NCBI GenBank assembly: GCA_963822945.1
Contig: CAWGJO010000020.1
Coordinates: forward strand, 832,001 to 896,000
Direction: 5' to 3'
DNA from: an uncultured Gemmatimonadaceae bacterium
GTDB taxonomy: Bacteria; Gemmatimonadota; Gemmatimonadetes; Gemmatimonadales; Gemmatimonadaceae
DNA length: 64,000 bases
The notes under the pieces: model-generated
Databases searched by the model: none
What the model was told of the DNA's origin: nothing
What the model saw: only the letters and a program-made list of their open reading frames with translations
Part shown: positions 10,324 through 20,592 of the stretch, in pieces
Numbering within the stretch: the first letter of the stretch is position 1
Layout: every line of letters starts with the position of its first letter
Translations under genes and position numbers: made by a program

Positions 10324-10545
10324 CTACGGGGTCTTCGTGGGCCCGGCGCTCTTGCGCTTGGCGCGGAAGGCGAGGCCGAGCATCGAAAGGCCGAAGGCGA
10401 GGAGCACGAGTCCCCACCAGAGGTTGACGTCGATGCCGAGCGAACGGCTGTAGATCGCGGTGGGCGAGAGGATGCCGTACACCGAGAGCATCAGCCCGAG
10501 GACCGTGAACATCAGTCCCATCGGGAGCCGGATGTCGAGATTCAT
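10324..10545 (-). CDS. Small two-TM membrane protein downstream of the symporter
   Basis: MNLDIRLPMGLMFTVLGL...DVNLWWGLVLLAFG; GAGG RBS; 7 bp after the symporter stop. Confidence 0.8.
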   Translation of the reverse strand: MNLDIRLPMGLMFTVLGLMLSVYGILSPTAIYSRSLGIDVNLWWGLVLLAFGLSMLGLAFRAKRKSAGPTKTP

Positions 10546-10552
10546 GCCTGCC

Positions 10553-12262
10553 TCACCAGAAGATGATGTTGAGCACCGCGGTCAGGCCGAGCACGACCAC
10601 GCCCAGCGTCGCGGGCCGTTTGTACCACGCGAGGTCGTGATTGACGATGCGAGGCGTGAGCGCGTAGACCAGGCCGCCGAGATCCTCTTCCGACTTCTTC
10701 TGTCGTGTGGCGAGCGAGATCAGAATGGTGGCGACGAAGCACGCCGTCCAGGCGATGATGGCGGTCCAGAAGTTCTGTGCCATCTCGCTCGGGTAGGTAT
10801 GGAGCACCATGCCCAGGTATCCGCCCTTGATGCCGGCCACGGCGCCCAGCGGCAGCACGAGACCGTCGTGGATGGCGGCGGCGGCCGTGCCGATGATCAA
10901 CCCCCAGAACGCCCCGTGGCCGGTGGTGCGTCGCCAGAACATGCCCAGCAGGAAGGTGGCGAACAGCGGCGCGTTCACGAAGGCGAACACGAGCTGCAGC
11001 ATGTCCATGATGTTGTTGAAGCGCGTGGTCGCGTAGGCGGCCGCCATGCTGAGCAGGATGCCGACGACGGTCGTGATGTGGCCCACCCGGAGGTAATGGC
11101 GGTCCGAGCGTCCCGGGCTGATGTAGCTCTGATACAGGTCGTACGTCCACACGGTGTTGAACGCCGTGACGTTGCCGGCCATGCCCGACATGAACGACGC
11201 CATGAGGGCGGTGAGCCCGAGACCCAGCAAGCCGGTGGGCAGATAGTGGGCGAGCATCATCGGCACGGCGAGGTTGTAGTTGGGAGTGCCGTCGGCGCCG
11301 ATGGGGATGAGCGGCCCGCTCTTGGTGGTGACCACGATGGCGATCATGCCGGGCAGAATGACGAGCGCCGGGAAGAGCATCTTGGGAATCGCGGCGATGA
11401 GCGGCGTGCGCCGGGCGGCGGTCATGTCCTCGGCGGCCATGGCGCGCTGGATGACGAGGAAGTCGGTGCACCAGTAGCCGAACGAGAGCACGAACCCGAG
11501 TCCCATGGCCATGCCGAACCACTCGACGCCCATCGGGTTGGCGCTGGCGGAGCCGAGGTAACGCCAGGAATGGGTGAAGGCGCCCGGCGCGAAGCCGGCG
11601 TGGGTCGAGACCGTCTGCAACTTGGCGACGAGGCCGTCCCAGCCCCCGACGTCCTTCAGTCCGAGGAGGACGAGTGGCAGGAAGCCGAGGACGATGAGGA
11701 AGAACTGCAGGACCTCGTTATAGATGGCCGAGGTGAGGCCGCCGAGAAAGATGTAGGCGAGCACGATGAGGGCGGACAGCACGATGCTCATGTTGAAGTC
11801 CCATCCGAGCACGAGCTCCAGCAGCTTGGCGAGCGCGTACATGGAGATGCCGGATGAGAAGACAGTCATGACGGCGAAGGTGAGCGCGTTGAAGGCCCGG
11901 GTCTTCTCGTCGAAACGCAGCTTGAGGTACTCGGGGACCGAACGCGCGCGCGAGCCGTAGTAGAACGGCATCATGAAGACGCCGACGAAGACCATCGCGG
12001 GGATGGCGCCGAGCCAGTAGAAGTGGCTCGTCATGATGCCGTACTTGGCGCCGGAGGCCCCCATGCCGATCACTTCCTGCGCGCCGAGATTGGCGGATAC
12101 GAATGCCAGGCCGGCGACCCACGCGGGGATGGAGCGTCCCGAGAGGAAGAAGTCGTCGCTACTCGTGACGAAGCGCCGCAGCACCCAACCGATGCCGAGC
12201 ACGAACGCGAAGTAGATGATGAGGATGGCGTAGTCGATCGCGCCGAGATGGATGTGGGGCAC
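10553..12262 (-). CDS. Sodium:solute symporter (sugar-type SSS family)
   Basis: DFFLSGRSIPAWVAGLAFVSANLG, SVPEYLKLRF, YWCTDFLVIQRAMAA; many TM helices. Confidence 0.95.
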   Translation of the reverse strand: MPHIHLGAIDYAILIIYFAFVLGIGWVLRRFVTSSDDFFLSGRSIPAWVAGLAFVSANLGAQEVIGMGASGAKYGIMTSHFYWLGAIPAMVFVGVFMMPFYYGSRARSVPEYLKLRFDEKTRAFNALTFAVMTVFSSGISMYALAKLLELVLGWDFNMSIVLSALIVLAYIFLGGLTSAIYNEVLQFFLIVLGFLPLVLLGLKDVGGWDGLVAKLQTVSTHAGFAPGAFTHSWRYLGSASANPMGVEWFGMAMGLGFVLSFGYWCTDFLVIQRAMAAEDMTAARRTPLIAAIPKMLFPALVILPGMIAIVVTTKSGPLIPIGADGTPNYNLAVPMMLAHYLPTGLLGLGLTALMASFMSGMAGNVTAFNTVWTYDLYQSYISPGRSDRHYLRVGHITTVVGILLSMAAAYATTRFNNIMDMLQLVFAFVNAPLFATFLLGMFWRRTTGHGAFWGLIIGTAAAAIHDGLVLPLGAVAGIKGGYLGMVLHTYPSEMAQNFWTAIIAWTACFVATILISLATRQKKSEEDLGGLVYALTPRIVNHDLAWYKRPATLGVVVLGLTAVLNIIFW

Positions 12263-12434
12263 GGAGTGGTCTCGAGGAGCGAAGTGGAAAGCCGCGAGTG
12301 AGAAACTGGCGAGTTGAAGGATGCGACGTTAGGCGGGCGAGCGCGGCGCGCAAGAGATAAGGTGATAATATGTAAATGCTGACTTGGTCAGACGCGGCGG
12401 GCGGGATGCACTGGCAACTCCGGAGGGCCGTTCG

Positions 12435-12449
12435 CCGCAAACTTTGCGG
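12435..12449. promoter_or_regulatory. Palindromic operator candidate (LacI-family-like)
   Basis: CCGCAAA-C-TTTGCGG in the divergent symporter/susC spacer; second CCGCAAA half-site at 12479-12485. Confidence 0.5.
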
Positions 12450-12634
12450 GGATTATAGCTTGCGCGGGCTTCAAGGTTCCGCAAAATTCGCCATCTTGTG
12501 ACACTTGCTCTCGTCATTTCCTCATCGGTCGTGACTGCAAGACGTCCAGAAAAGTCGTCCGACGACTTGGCGACTCCATCTATCTGGACGGGTACGAGTT
12601 CAAGCACTTCCGCCCAGAGCGCCAGGAGACGCGC

Positions 12635-15610
12635 ATGAACAGATTTCGTTTGATGATCGCCGGGCTTACGGCAGCCCTCGTAGGCGCCGCACCACTGTGC
12701 GCGCAGGGGACTGGCGGCACGGTACAAGGACGGATCACGGACAAGGCCACGCAGCAGCCCATCGCGGGCGCGACCGTGACGGTCGGGAAGCGCACGGCGC
12801 TCACGCAGACGGACGGCCGCTACGCGCTGGTCGTACCTGCGGGCTCGTATACGCTGCAGGCGAGAACGATCGGCTACGCGCCGGCCGACCAGGCCGTGAC
12901 GGTGAACGCCGGGCAGACGGTCAACGTCGATCTCGCGCTCACGGCGCAGGCCGTCAACCTCGCCACGGTGGTGGTCACCGGCTACGGGCAGCAGCGCGCC
13001 GGCGACATCACGGGCGCCGTGAGTCAGCTGTCGCCGGCCGAATTCAACACCGGCCGCATCGTGAGCCCGCAGAATCTGATCACCGCCAAGGTGGCGGGCG
13101 TGCAGGTGGTGCAGAGCAACGAGCCGGGTGGCGGCATCAACATCCGCATTCGCGGCGCGACGTCGGTGAATGCGAGCAGCGAGCCGCTGTACGTGGTGGA
13201 CGGCATGCCGCTGGCGAGCGGGGCCGGATCGGGCCTCTCGGACGGACGTGATCCGCTGAACTTCATCAATCCGAACGACATCGCGACGATCACGGTCCTC
13301 AAGGGCGCGTCGGCGGCGGCGATCTACGGTGCGAACGCCGCGAACGGCGTCGTGCTGATCACGACGAAGGCGGGGTCCGGCGGGTCGCGGGTGGAATACA
13401 CCGGCGACGTCACCACGTCCACGGTGGAGCGGCTGCCGCAGATGCTGAACGCGTCGCAGTTCCGGGCCGCGGTGCAGCAGTACTCGCCGCAGAGCATGAG
13501 CCAGCTCGGCACGGCGAACACGAACTGGTTCAACCAGATCGACCGCAACGGCATCGGCCAGGAACACAACCTCTCCGTGTCGGGCTCCGGCCAGGCCATG
13601 AACTACCGGCTGTCGCTGGGTTACCTGAACCAGAACGGCGTGATTGACGGGACGAACACCGAGCGCCTGTCGCTCGGCGTGAACCTCAACCAGCGCTTCC
13701 TGAACGACCGGCTCAACATCCATACGAACATCATCGGATCGCGCGTCAACAACCGGTACACGCCGGGCGGCGTGCTGTCGAACGCGGCGCAGATGGGTCC
13801 GACGCAGCCGGTGCTGGATCCGACCAGCACGACCGGCTACTACAACTGGCCGGGCAACACGCTGCAGTCGGCGGACAATCCGGTGGAGGCGCTCAAGCTC
13901 GCCACGGATATCGGCCACACGTACCGCTCGCTGGGGACGATTCAGACCGACTACAGCCTGCCCTGGATCGAGGGGTTGAAGGCGCACGTGAACCTGGGGT
14001 ACGACGTGACCTCGTCTGAGCATCAGACGTTCAACCCGAGCGATCTGCACGCCCAGCTCAAGGCCGGCACCGGCGGCTCGCTGTATCAGACGACGCCGTC
14101 GATGACGAACACCCAGCTGGACGCCTATCTGAACTACAACGCGCCGCTGAACTTCGTGCCCGGCACGGTCGATCTGACCGGCGGCTACTCGTACTCGCAG
14201 TCCAACGCCCAGTACCCGTATACCACGGCGACCGGGCTGAGCACGAACCTGCTCGGCATCAACGGGATCCCGACGGCGCTGGTGCTGCAGAGCAATCAGA
14301 ACGTACAGGACAGCCGGCTGATCTCGTTCTTCGGGCGGGCCAACTACAACTACAAGGACCGGTACCTCGCGGCGTTCAGCATCCGCCGCGACGGATCGTC
14401 GCGGTTCGGCCCGTCGAATGCCTGGGGTATCTTCCCGTCGGTGGCCCTGGCCTGGCGCCTGTCGCAGGAAGGGTTCATGCAGCGGTTCAAGAACCTCTCG
14501 GATCTGAAGCTGCGCGCCTCGTACGGCAAGACCGGCAACCAGGCGTTCGCCAACTACCAGCAGTATGCGAACTTCGTGGTCGGCGACGCGCAGTCGCAGG
14601 CCCAGTTCGGCAACGGGTTCGTGACCACGCTCCGGCCGAGCGCGGTGGATCCGAACATCAAGTGGGAATCGACGAGCTCGTACGACGTCGGCCTCGACTG
14701 GGGATTCAACGACCAGCGGGTGAGCGGCACGATCGACTACTACATCAAGAACACCAAGGATCTCATCTTCACCGTGCCGGTGGCGGCGGGTACGAACCTG
14801 TCGAACTACCTGACCACGAACATCGGCAGCATGCGCAACGCGGGCATCGAATTCAGCCTCAGCGCCGACGTGATCCGCGGCGGGCACGACGGGTTCTCGT
14901 GGACCACCGACTTCACCGCGTCCCACAACGCGAACAAGCTGACGTCGATCAATCCCATTCTCACCGCGGCCCCGGGAACCAAGCAGCAGATTCTGACCGG
15001 TTCCGTGGCGGGCGGCGTGGGCACGCTGATTCAGGTGCTCGAGCCGGGCCAGCCGATCAACTCGTTCTTCGTGTACCAGCAGAAGTACGCGAACGGGAAG
15101 CCGGTCGAGGGCAGCTACGTGGACCTGAACGGCGACGGCGTGACCAACGTGGCCGATCGGCGCGCGTACCACAATCCGGCGCCGACGTGGATCTTCGGGC
15201 ACACGTCCAACATGACCTACGGCAACTGGGACGCCGGCTTCACGCTGCGGGCCTACGTGGGCAACTACGTGTACAACAACGTGCAGTCGAACCTGGGTGA
15301 CTATCAGGAACTGCAGCGGGCCTCGCCGTACAACCTGAGCTCCAACGTGCTGCAGACGGGATTCACGTCACCGCAGTACCTGTCGGACTACTACGTCCAG
15401 AACGCGTCGTTCCTGCGCATGGACAACATCACACTCGGCTACCGGCTGAAGTACCAGGGCCAGCCGGTGCGAATCTTCGGAACCGTTCAGAACGTGTTCA
15501 CGATCTCACCGTACAGCGGCGTCGATCCGACGGCCGGCCTGAACGGTATCGACAACAACATCTATCCTCGCTCGCGCCAATTCACCGCCGGCTTCAACGT
15601 CGTGTTCTGA
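12635..15610 (+). CDS. susC: SusC/RagA-family TonB-linked outer membrane protein
   Basis: VVVTGYGQQR, IRIRGATS, PLYVVDG, LKGASAAAIYGANAANGVVLITTK, RRDGSSRFG, YPRSRQFTAGFNVVF. Confidence 0.96.
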   Translation: MNRFRLMIAGLTAALVGAAPLCAQGTGGTVQGRITDKATQQPIAGATVTVGKRTALTQTDGRYALVVPAGSYTLQARTIGYAPADQAVTVNAGQTVNVDLALTAQAVNLATVVVTGYGQQRAGDITGAVSQLSPAEFNTGRIVSPQNLITAKVAGVQVVQSNEPGGGINIRIRGATSVNASSEPLYVVDGMPLASGAGSGLSDGRDPLNFINPNDIATITVLKGASAAAIYGANAANGVVLITTKAGSGGSRVEYTGDVTTSTVERLPQMLNASQFRAAVQQYSPQSMSQLGTANTNWFNQIDRNGIGQEHNLSVSGSGQAMNYRLSLGYLNQNGVIDGTNTERLSLGVNLNQRFLNDRLNIHTNIIGSRVNNRYTPGGVLSNAAQMGPTQPVLDPTSTTGYYNWPGNTLQSADNPVEALKLATDIGHTYRSLGTIQTDYSLPWIEGLKAHVNLGYDVTSSEHQTFNPSDLHAQLKAGTGGSLYQTTPSMTNTQLDAYLNYNAPLNFVPGTVDLTGGYSYSQSNAQYPYTTATGLSTNLLGINGIPTALVLQSNQNVQDSRLISFFGRANYNYKDRYLAAFSIRRDGSSRFGPSNAWGIFPSVALAWRLSQEGFMQRFKNLSDLKLRASYGKTGNQAFANYQQYANFVVGDAQSQAQFGNGFVTTLRPSAVDPNIKWESTSSYDVGLDWGFNDQRVSGTIDYYIKNTKDLIFTVPVAAGTNLSNYLTTNIGSMRNAGIEFSLSADVIRGGHDGFSWTTDFTASHNANKLTSINPILTAAPGTKQQILTGSVAGGVGTLIQVLEPGQPINSFFVYQQKYANGKPVEGSYVDLNGDGVTNVADRRAYHNPAPTWIFGHTSNMTYGNWDAGFTLRAYVGNYVYNNVQSNLGDYQELQRASPYNLSSNVLQTGFTSPQYLSDYYVQNASFLRMDNITLGYRLKYQGQPVRIFGTVQNVFTISPYSGVDPTAGLNGIDNNIYPRSRQFTAGFNVVF

Positions 15611-15653
15611 GCGTGTGACCATTCATTCGACGATTCGGAAACGGACGGAACTT

Positions 15654-17228
15654 ATGAAGATCAATCATAGAATGATCGCTTTCGCCACCGTGGCGATGCT
15701 GGTCGGCGGCGCCGGCTGCACGAACACGGTCGTGGAGCCGAAAAGCACGATCACGAGTGCCAACGTGTTCAACGACCCGAACTCCTATCAGGCGTTCCTG
15801 GCCAAGGTCTATGCGGGCCTGGCCGTGAGCGGCCAGCAGGGACCGGCGGGGAACCCCGACATCTCGGGCATCGACGAGGGCTTCTCGCAGTACCTGCGTC
15901 TGTACTGGGAGGCGGAAGAGCTGCCGACCGACGAGGCCGCGATCGCCTGGAACGACGTCGGCCTGCCGGAAATGAACACCCAGCTCTGGGCCGCGTCGAA
16001 CTCGTTCGTGGTCGCCATGTACTACCGCATCTACTTCCAGGTGGGTATGGCGAACGAGTTCCTGCGCGAGACGGACGACGCCGCGTTGGCGGGGCGGAGC
16101 GTCACGCCGGCCCTCAAGGCGAAGATCGGGCAGTACCGCGCCGAGGCGCGGTTCCTGCGCGCGCTGAGCTACTGGCACGGCATGGACATGTTCGGGAACA
16201 TCCCGCTGGTGACCGAGAAGGACTCGCTCGGCTCCACGCCGCCCAAGCAAGCCACGCGGACCGACATCTACAACTTTGTGGTGAGCGAACTCAAGGCGAT
16301 CCACGACTCCCTGCCCCAGCCCGGTCCGAGCACCTACGGCCGCGCCACGGGCCCGGCGGACGACATGCTGCTGGCCAACGTGTACCTGAACGCAGGGGTC
16401 TACACGGGCACGCCGGACTACGCCGACGCGTTGACGGAAGCGCAGGCCGTGATCAACTCCGGGGCCTATTCCCTGGATCCGAACTACCGGCACATGTTCG
16501 AGGCGGACAACAACACGTCGCCGGAGATCATCTTCGCGATTCCGCAGGACGGATTGCACGAACAGACGTACGGCGGGGTGAACTTCCTGGTGCACGCCGA
16601 GTGCGGCGGGAGCATGAACAACGCGACGTACGGAATCGACGGCTGCTGGTGGGGCATCCGGCTGAAGCCGCAGGCCTACAACTTCTACGGCCCCGGCGAC
16701 ACCCGGGCGGCGTATTTCGACACGACCGGCCAGACGATCTCGATGGACGCCATCTCCAACTTCCAGAACGGAGTGGCGGCGCCGAAGTTCACGAACGTGA
16801 CATCGACGGGTCAGCCGGGCTCGAATCCCGGATTCGTGGATACGGACTTCCCGATGTTCCGGCTGGCGGGCGCCTACCTGATCTACGCCGAAGCGCAGTT
16901 GCGTGGCGGCGGCGGATCGCGGGCCCAGGCGCTGGCGTACGTGAACGCGTTGCGCGAGCGCGCGTACGGCGGAACGTCCGGCGACATCACCGACGCGCAG
17001 CTCACCCTGCCCTTCATTCTGGCGGAGCGCGGACGTGAACTGCTGTGGGAAGCGCACCGGCGCACGGACCTGATCCGGTTCGGGGAGTTCACCGGCGGCA
17101 ACTACCTGTGGGCCTGGAAGGGCGGCACGCAGGCGGGCACGGCCACCGACAGCTTCCGCGATCTGTATCCGATTCCCGAGTCGGAACTCGTGGCGAACCC
17201 GAATCTGAAACAGAACCCGGGGTACTGA
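15654..17228 (+). CDS. susD: SusD/RagB-family surface lipoprotein
   Basis: Lipobox GAGC; AEARFLRALSYW, FRLAGAYLIYAEA, ILAERGRELLWEAHRRTDLIRFG, NPNLKQNPGY. Confidence 0.96.
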   Translation: MKINHRMIAFATVAMLVGGAGCTNTVVEPKSTITSANVFNDPNSYQAFLAKVYAGLAVSGQQGPAGNPDISGIDEGFSQYLRLYWEAEELPTDEAAIAWNDVGLPEMNTQLWAASNSFVVAMYYRIYFQVGMANEFLRETDDAALAGRSVTPALKAKIGQYRAEARFLRALSYWHGMDMFGNIPLVTEKDSLGSTPPKQATRTDIYNFVVSELKAIHDSLPQPGPSTYGRATGPADDMLLANVYLNAGVYTGTPDYADALTEAQAVINSGAYSLDPNYRHMFEADNNTSPEIIFAIPQDGLHEQTYGGVNFLVHAECGGSMNNATYGIDGCWWGIRLKPQAYNFYGPGDTRAAYFDTTGQTISMDAISNFQNGVAAPKFTNVTSTGQPGSNPGFVDTDFPMFRLAGAYLIYAEAQLRGGGGSRAQALAYVNALRERAYGGTSGDITDAQLTLPFILAERGRELLWEAHRRTDLIRFGEFTGGNYLWAWKGGTQAGTATDSFRDLYPIPESELVANPNLKQNPGY

Positions 17229-17294
17229 GCAGCGCGACTCCAGACTTCTCCTGAAGCTTTCGCCGGCCTCCGGGCCCGGCTGAGACGCTTCGCG

Positions 17295-18869
17295 ATGTAC
17301 CTGCCGGCCAGCATCCTCGTGGTGCTGGCCGGTGGGGCATGCGGCAGCCATCCGACGGCGCCGCCGCCCACCGGACTGCCACCGGCCGAGCGGCCGAGCC
17401 TTGCGGCTACCTACCGGCCCAGCGGGCACATGGCGGCGGGCGACGTGTTCGTGCAGCTGTTCGAATGGCCGTGGGCGGACATCGCCAACGAGTGCGAGCA
17501 GGTGCTGGGGCCCGTGGGCTATCGGGCCGTCCAGGTGTCGCCGCCCGAAGAACACAGCATCACGCCCACGCACGACTGGAGCGAGCGCTACCAGCCGGTG
17601 AGCTACAGCCTCGCGCGCAGCCGATCGGGCGACAGCACGCAGTTCGTGGACATGGTCCAGCGGTGCAAGGCCGCCGGCGTGGACATCTACGTGGATGCCG
17701 TCATCAATCACATGACGAACTACCCGAGCCCCGGGGTGGGAAGCGCCGGGACGGCGTACACGAAGTACGACTATCCGGGGCTGTACACGCCGGCCGATTT
17801 CCATACGCCCTGCACCGTCACCGACTACTCGAACGCCGCCAACGTGCAGGACTGCGAGCTGCTGGGCCTGCCGGACCTCAACACCGGCCTTCCGTACGTG
17901 CAGCAGACGATCGCCGGCTACCTGATCAAACTGGTGCGGCTCGGGGTGGCGGGGTTCCGCATCGACGCCGCCAAGCACATCCAGCAGGTGGAGCTGGACG
18001 ACATCCTGTCCATCGTCGACTCCACCGCGAAGGCGCAGGGGCTGCCGATTCCGTACTACTTCCTGGAGATCAGCAGCGGCCCCGGCGAGGCGCTCTCCCC
18101 GCGCGACTACTATGGCGAGGCGTATGCCAGCGGGGGCGCGGCGGACATCACGGAGTTCACCTTCCAGGGCGTGGGCGACAAGTTCCTGGGGCTCGGCGGG
18201 CAGCACATCTCGCAGCTCGATCCCAACGGGCCGCCGGGAAGCCAGTTCTCCGCTGCCGCGTGGGGGCTGATGCCGTCCGACAAGGCGGTGGTGTTCCTGG
18301 AGAACCACGACACGCAGCACGACGTGGGGCGGATCAGCTATCGCGACGGCCAGACCTTCCGACTGGCCAACGTGTGGATGCTCGCGCAGCCGTACGGGTA
18401 TCCGAAGATCCTGTCGAACTACGCCTTCTCACGCCCGCTGGAGAATTCCAAGGGCCCGCCCTCCGATGCCAGCGGCAACACGTATCCGGTGACGTGCGCG
18501 TCGAGCCTCGAGACGGCGATGGAGGGCGACTGGGTGTGCCAGCATCGCGACCCGATGATCGAAGCGATGGTCGGGTTCCGGCACGTGGTGGCCGGGACGG
18601 CGATTACCGACTGGTGGGACGATGGCGCCAATGCCATCGCCTTCTCGCGCGGCGACAAGGGATTCGTGGCCATCAGCCGGGAGAGCACGGCCGTCGACAC
18701 GACCGTGGCGACCGGAATGGCGCCGGGGAACTACTGTGATCTCCTCACCGGCGGGTTGGCCGGCACGGCATGCGCCGGCGACAGCGTGGCGGTGGACTCG
18801 ACGAGCATGATTCACCTTCAACTGGCGGCCAACTCGGCGATTGCGATCGATGCGGCAAGCCGGAAGTAG
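17295..18869 (+). CDS. Alpha-amylase GH13 (animal/actinobacterial-like type), probable lipoprotein
   Basis: VQLFEW, VQVSPP, DAVINH, GFRIDAAKH, FLENHD, FSRGDKGF; LAGGAC lipobox-like. Confidence 0.93.
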   Translation: MYLPASILVVLAGGACGSHPTAPPPTGLPPAERPSLAATYRPSGHMAAGDVFVQLFEWPWADIANECEQVLGPVGYRAVQVSPPEEHSITPTHDWSERYQPVSYSLARSRSGDSTQFVDMVQRCKAAGVDIYVDAVINHMTNYPSPGVGSAGTAYTKYDYPGLYTPADFHTPCTVTDYSNAANVQDCELLGLPDLNTGLPYVQQTIAGYLIKLVRLGVAGFRIDAAKHIQQVELDDILSIVDSTAKAQGLPIPYYFLEISSGPGEALSPRDYYGEAYASGGAADITEFTFQGVGDKFLGLGGQHISQLDPNGPPGSQFSAAAWGLMPSDKAVVFLENHDTQHDVGRISYRDGQTFRLANVWMLAQPYGYPKILSNYAFSRPLENSKGPPSDASGNTYPVTCASSLETAMEGDWVCQHRDPMIEAMVGFRHVVAGTAITDWWDDGANAIAFSRGDKGFVAISRESTAVDTTVATGMAPGNYCDLLTGGLAGTACAGDSVAVDSTSMIHLQLAANSAIAIDAASRK

Positions 18870-18873
18870 CACG

Positions 18874-20554
18874 ATGCGAAAAGCTCAGATACTGGGCGCC
18901 CTGCTCGGCGCGGTCGGGACGGTCTCGACCGCGGCGCCGCGGGCCGCGGCACAGCAGCCGGTGCGGCCGGCATCCCAGGACGTTCGTCGACTATGCAGCG
19001 CCGGCGTGGACGCGGGGCGCGGTCTGCTACGAGGTGTTCATCCGATCGTTCAAGGACAGCAACGGCGACGGCATCGGCGACCTGAACGGTCTCACCAGCA
19101 AGCTCGACTACATCAACGACGGAAATCCGAAGTCGAAGACCGACCTGGGCGCAAAGTGCATCTGGCTGATGCCCGTGACCGAATCGCCGAGCTACCATGG
19201 ATACGACGTCACCAACTACTACCGTGTGAACCCCGACTACGGCACGAACGCGGATTTCAAGCGGTTCGTAGCCGCGGCACACAAGCGTGGCATCAAGGTG
19301 ATCGTGGACATGGTGCTGAACCATACGTCCAATCGCGACCCGCACTTCCAGGCGGCGCTGCGCGACACGAACTCACCGTACCGCTCGTGGTACCGCTTCT
19401 CGCCCGAGCCGCACGGCAACGGGCCGTGGGGCGTGCCCGCATGGCACAAGTCTCCCGTTCGCGACGAGTACTATTACGGCATCTTCTCGGCGCAGATGCC
19501 GGATCTCAACTACGACACGCCGGCGGTGCGCGCCGAGGGCAAGAAGATCGCCGCCTACTGGCTGCGCACGATGGGCGTGGACGGATTCCGGCTCGACGCC
19601 GTGCAGTATCTGGTGGAGCAGGGCGCGTGCCTCAAGGACTGCGCCGGGACGCACGCCTACCTGCGGTCGTATCAGGCATTCATCGACAGCATCGATCCGC
19701 AGGCCTACACGATCGGCGAGGTCTGGGATCCGCTGGACACGCTGCTCACCTACTATCCCCACCAACTCACCGGCTACTTCACCTTCGAGTTGGCGGACTC
19801 GCTCCGGACCGCGGTGAAGCGCGGAACGGTGGGCGGCATGTTCACCGACTATGTGAAGCTGGAGCGCGCCGAGCCCTCGTATCGCTGGTCGCCGCTGCTG
19901 AGCAACCACGACGGCACGCGGATCATGACGATCCTCGGGGGCAGTGTGCCGGCTGCGAAGCAGGCGGCCACGCTGCTGCTCACGCTGCCGGGGCTGCCGT
20001 ACATCTATTACGGCGAGGAGATCGGGATGACCGGCGACAAGCCCGATCCCCGGCTGCGGACGCCGATGCAGTGGGCGCCGGAGCCCGGTTACGGCTTCAC
20101 GACCGGGCACCCGTGGGAGAGCGCCCAGCCCGATTCGATGACGGCCACGGTGGCGGGAGAGAACCACGAGCCCGGGTCGCTGCTCAACCTGTACCGGCGG
20201 CTGATCCACCTGCGAGCCGGGAACGATGCGCTCGCGTCGGGGCGGTTGACGCTGCTGCAGGCCAGCAATCCCCACGTGGCGTCCTACGTGCGACGCACGT
20301 GGAACGGACATGCGGTACTGGTGGTGGCGAACCTGTCCGATTCGACGGTCGCCGGCGTGTCGCTGGCGAGCGACAGCGCCGGATTGCCGGCCGGGCGGTA
20401 TCGGGCGCGCGATCTGCTGGGCGCGGCAGCCGTCCCGCCACTCACGGTCGAGGCCGGGAGCCGCATTTCCGCGTACGTTCCAGCAACGACGTTGCGCGGG
20501 CACGAGACGCTGGTACTGGCACTGGACCATGTGACGCCGCGCGAGCGACGGTGA
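18874..20554 (+). CDS. Secreted GH13 alpha-amylase-family hydrolase; frameshift near 18980
   Basis: Signal peptide from ATG 18874 joins the frame with YEVFIRSFKDSNGDGIGDL, SPSYHGYD, DMVLNH, GFRLDA, IGEVW, SNHD, YYGEEIGM. Confidence 0.9.
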
Positions 20555-20592
20555 ACCAACGGGTGCGCGAAGCGCACCAGAGGGGAGAGACG

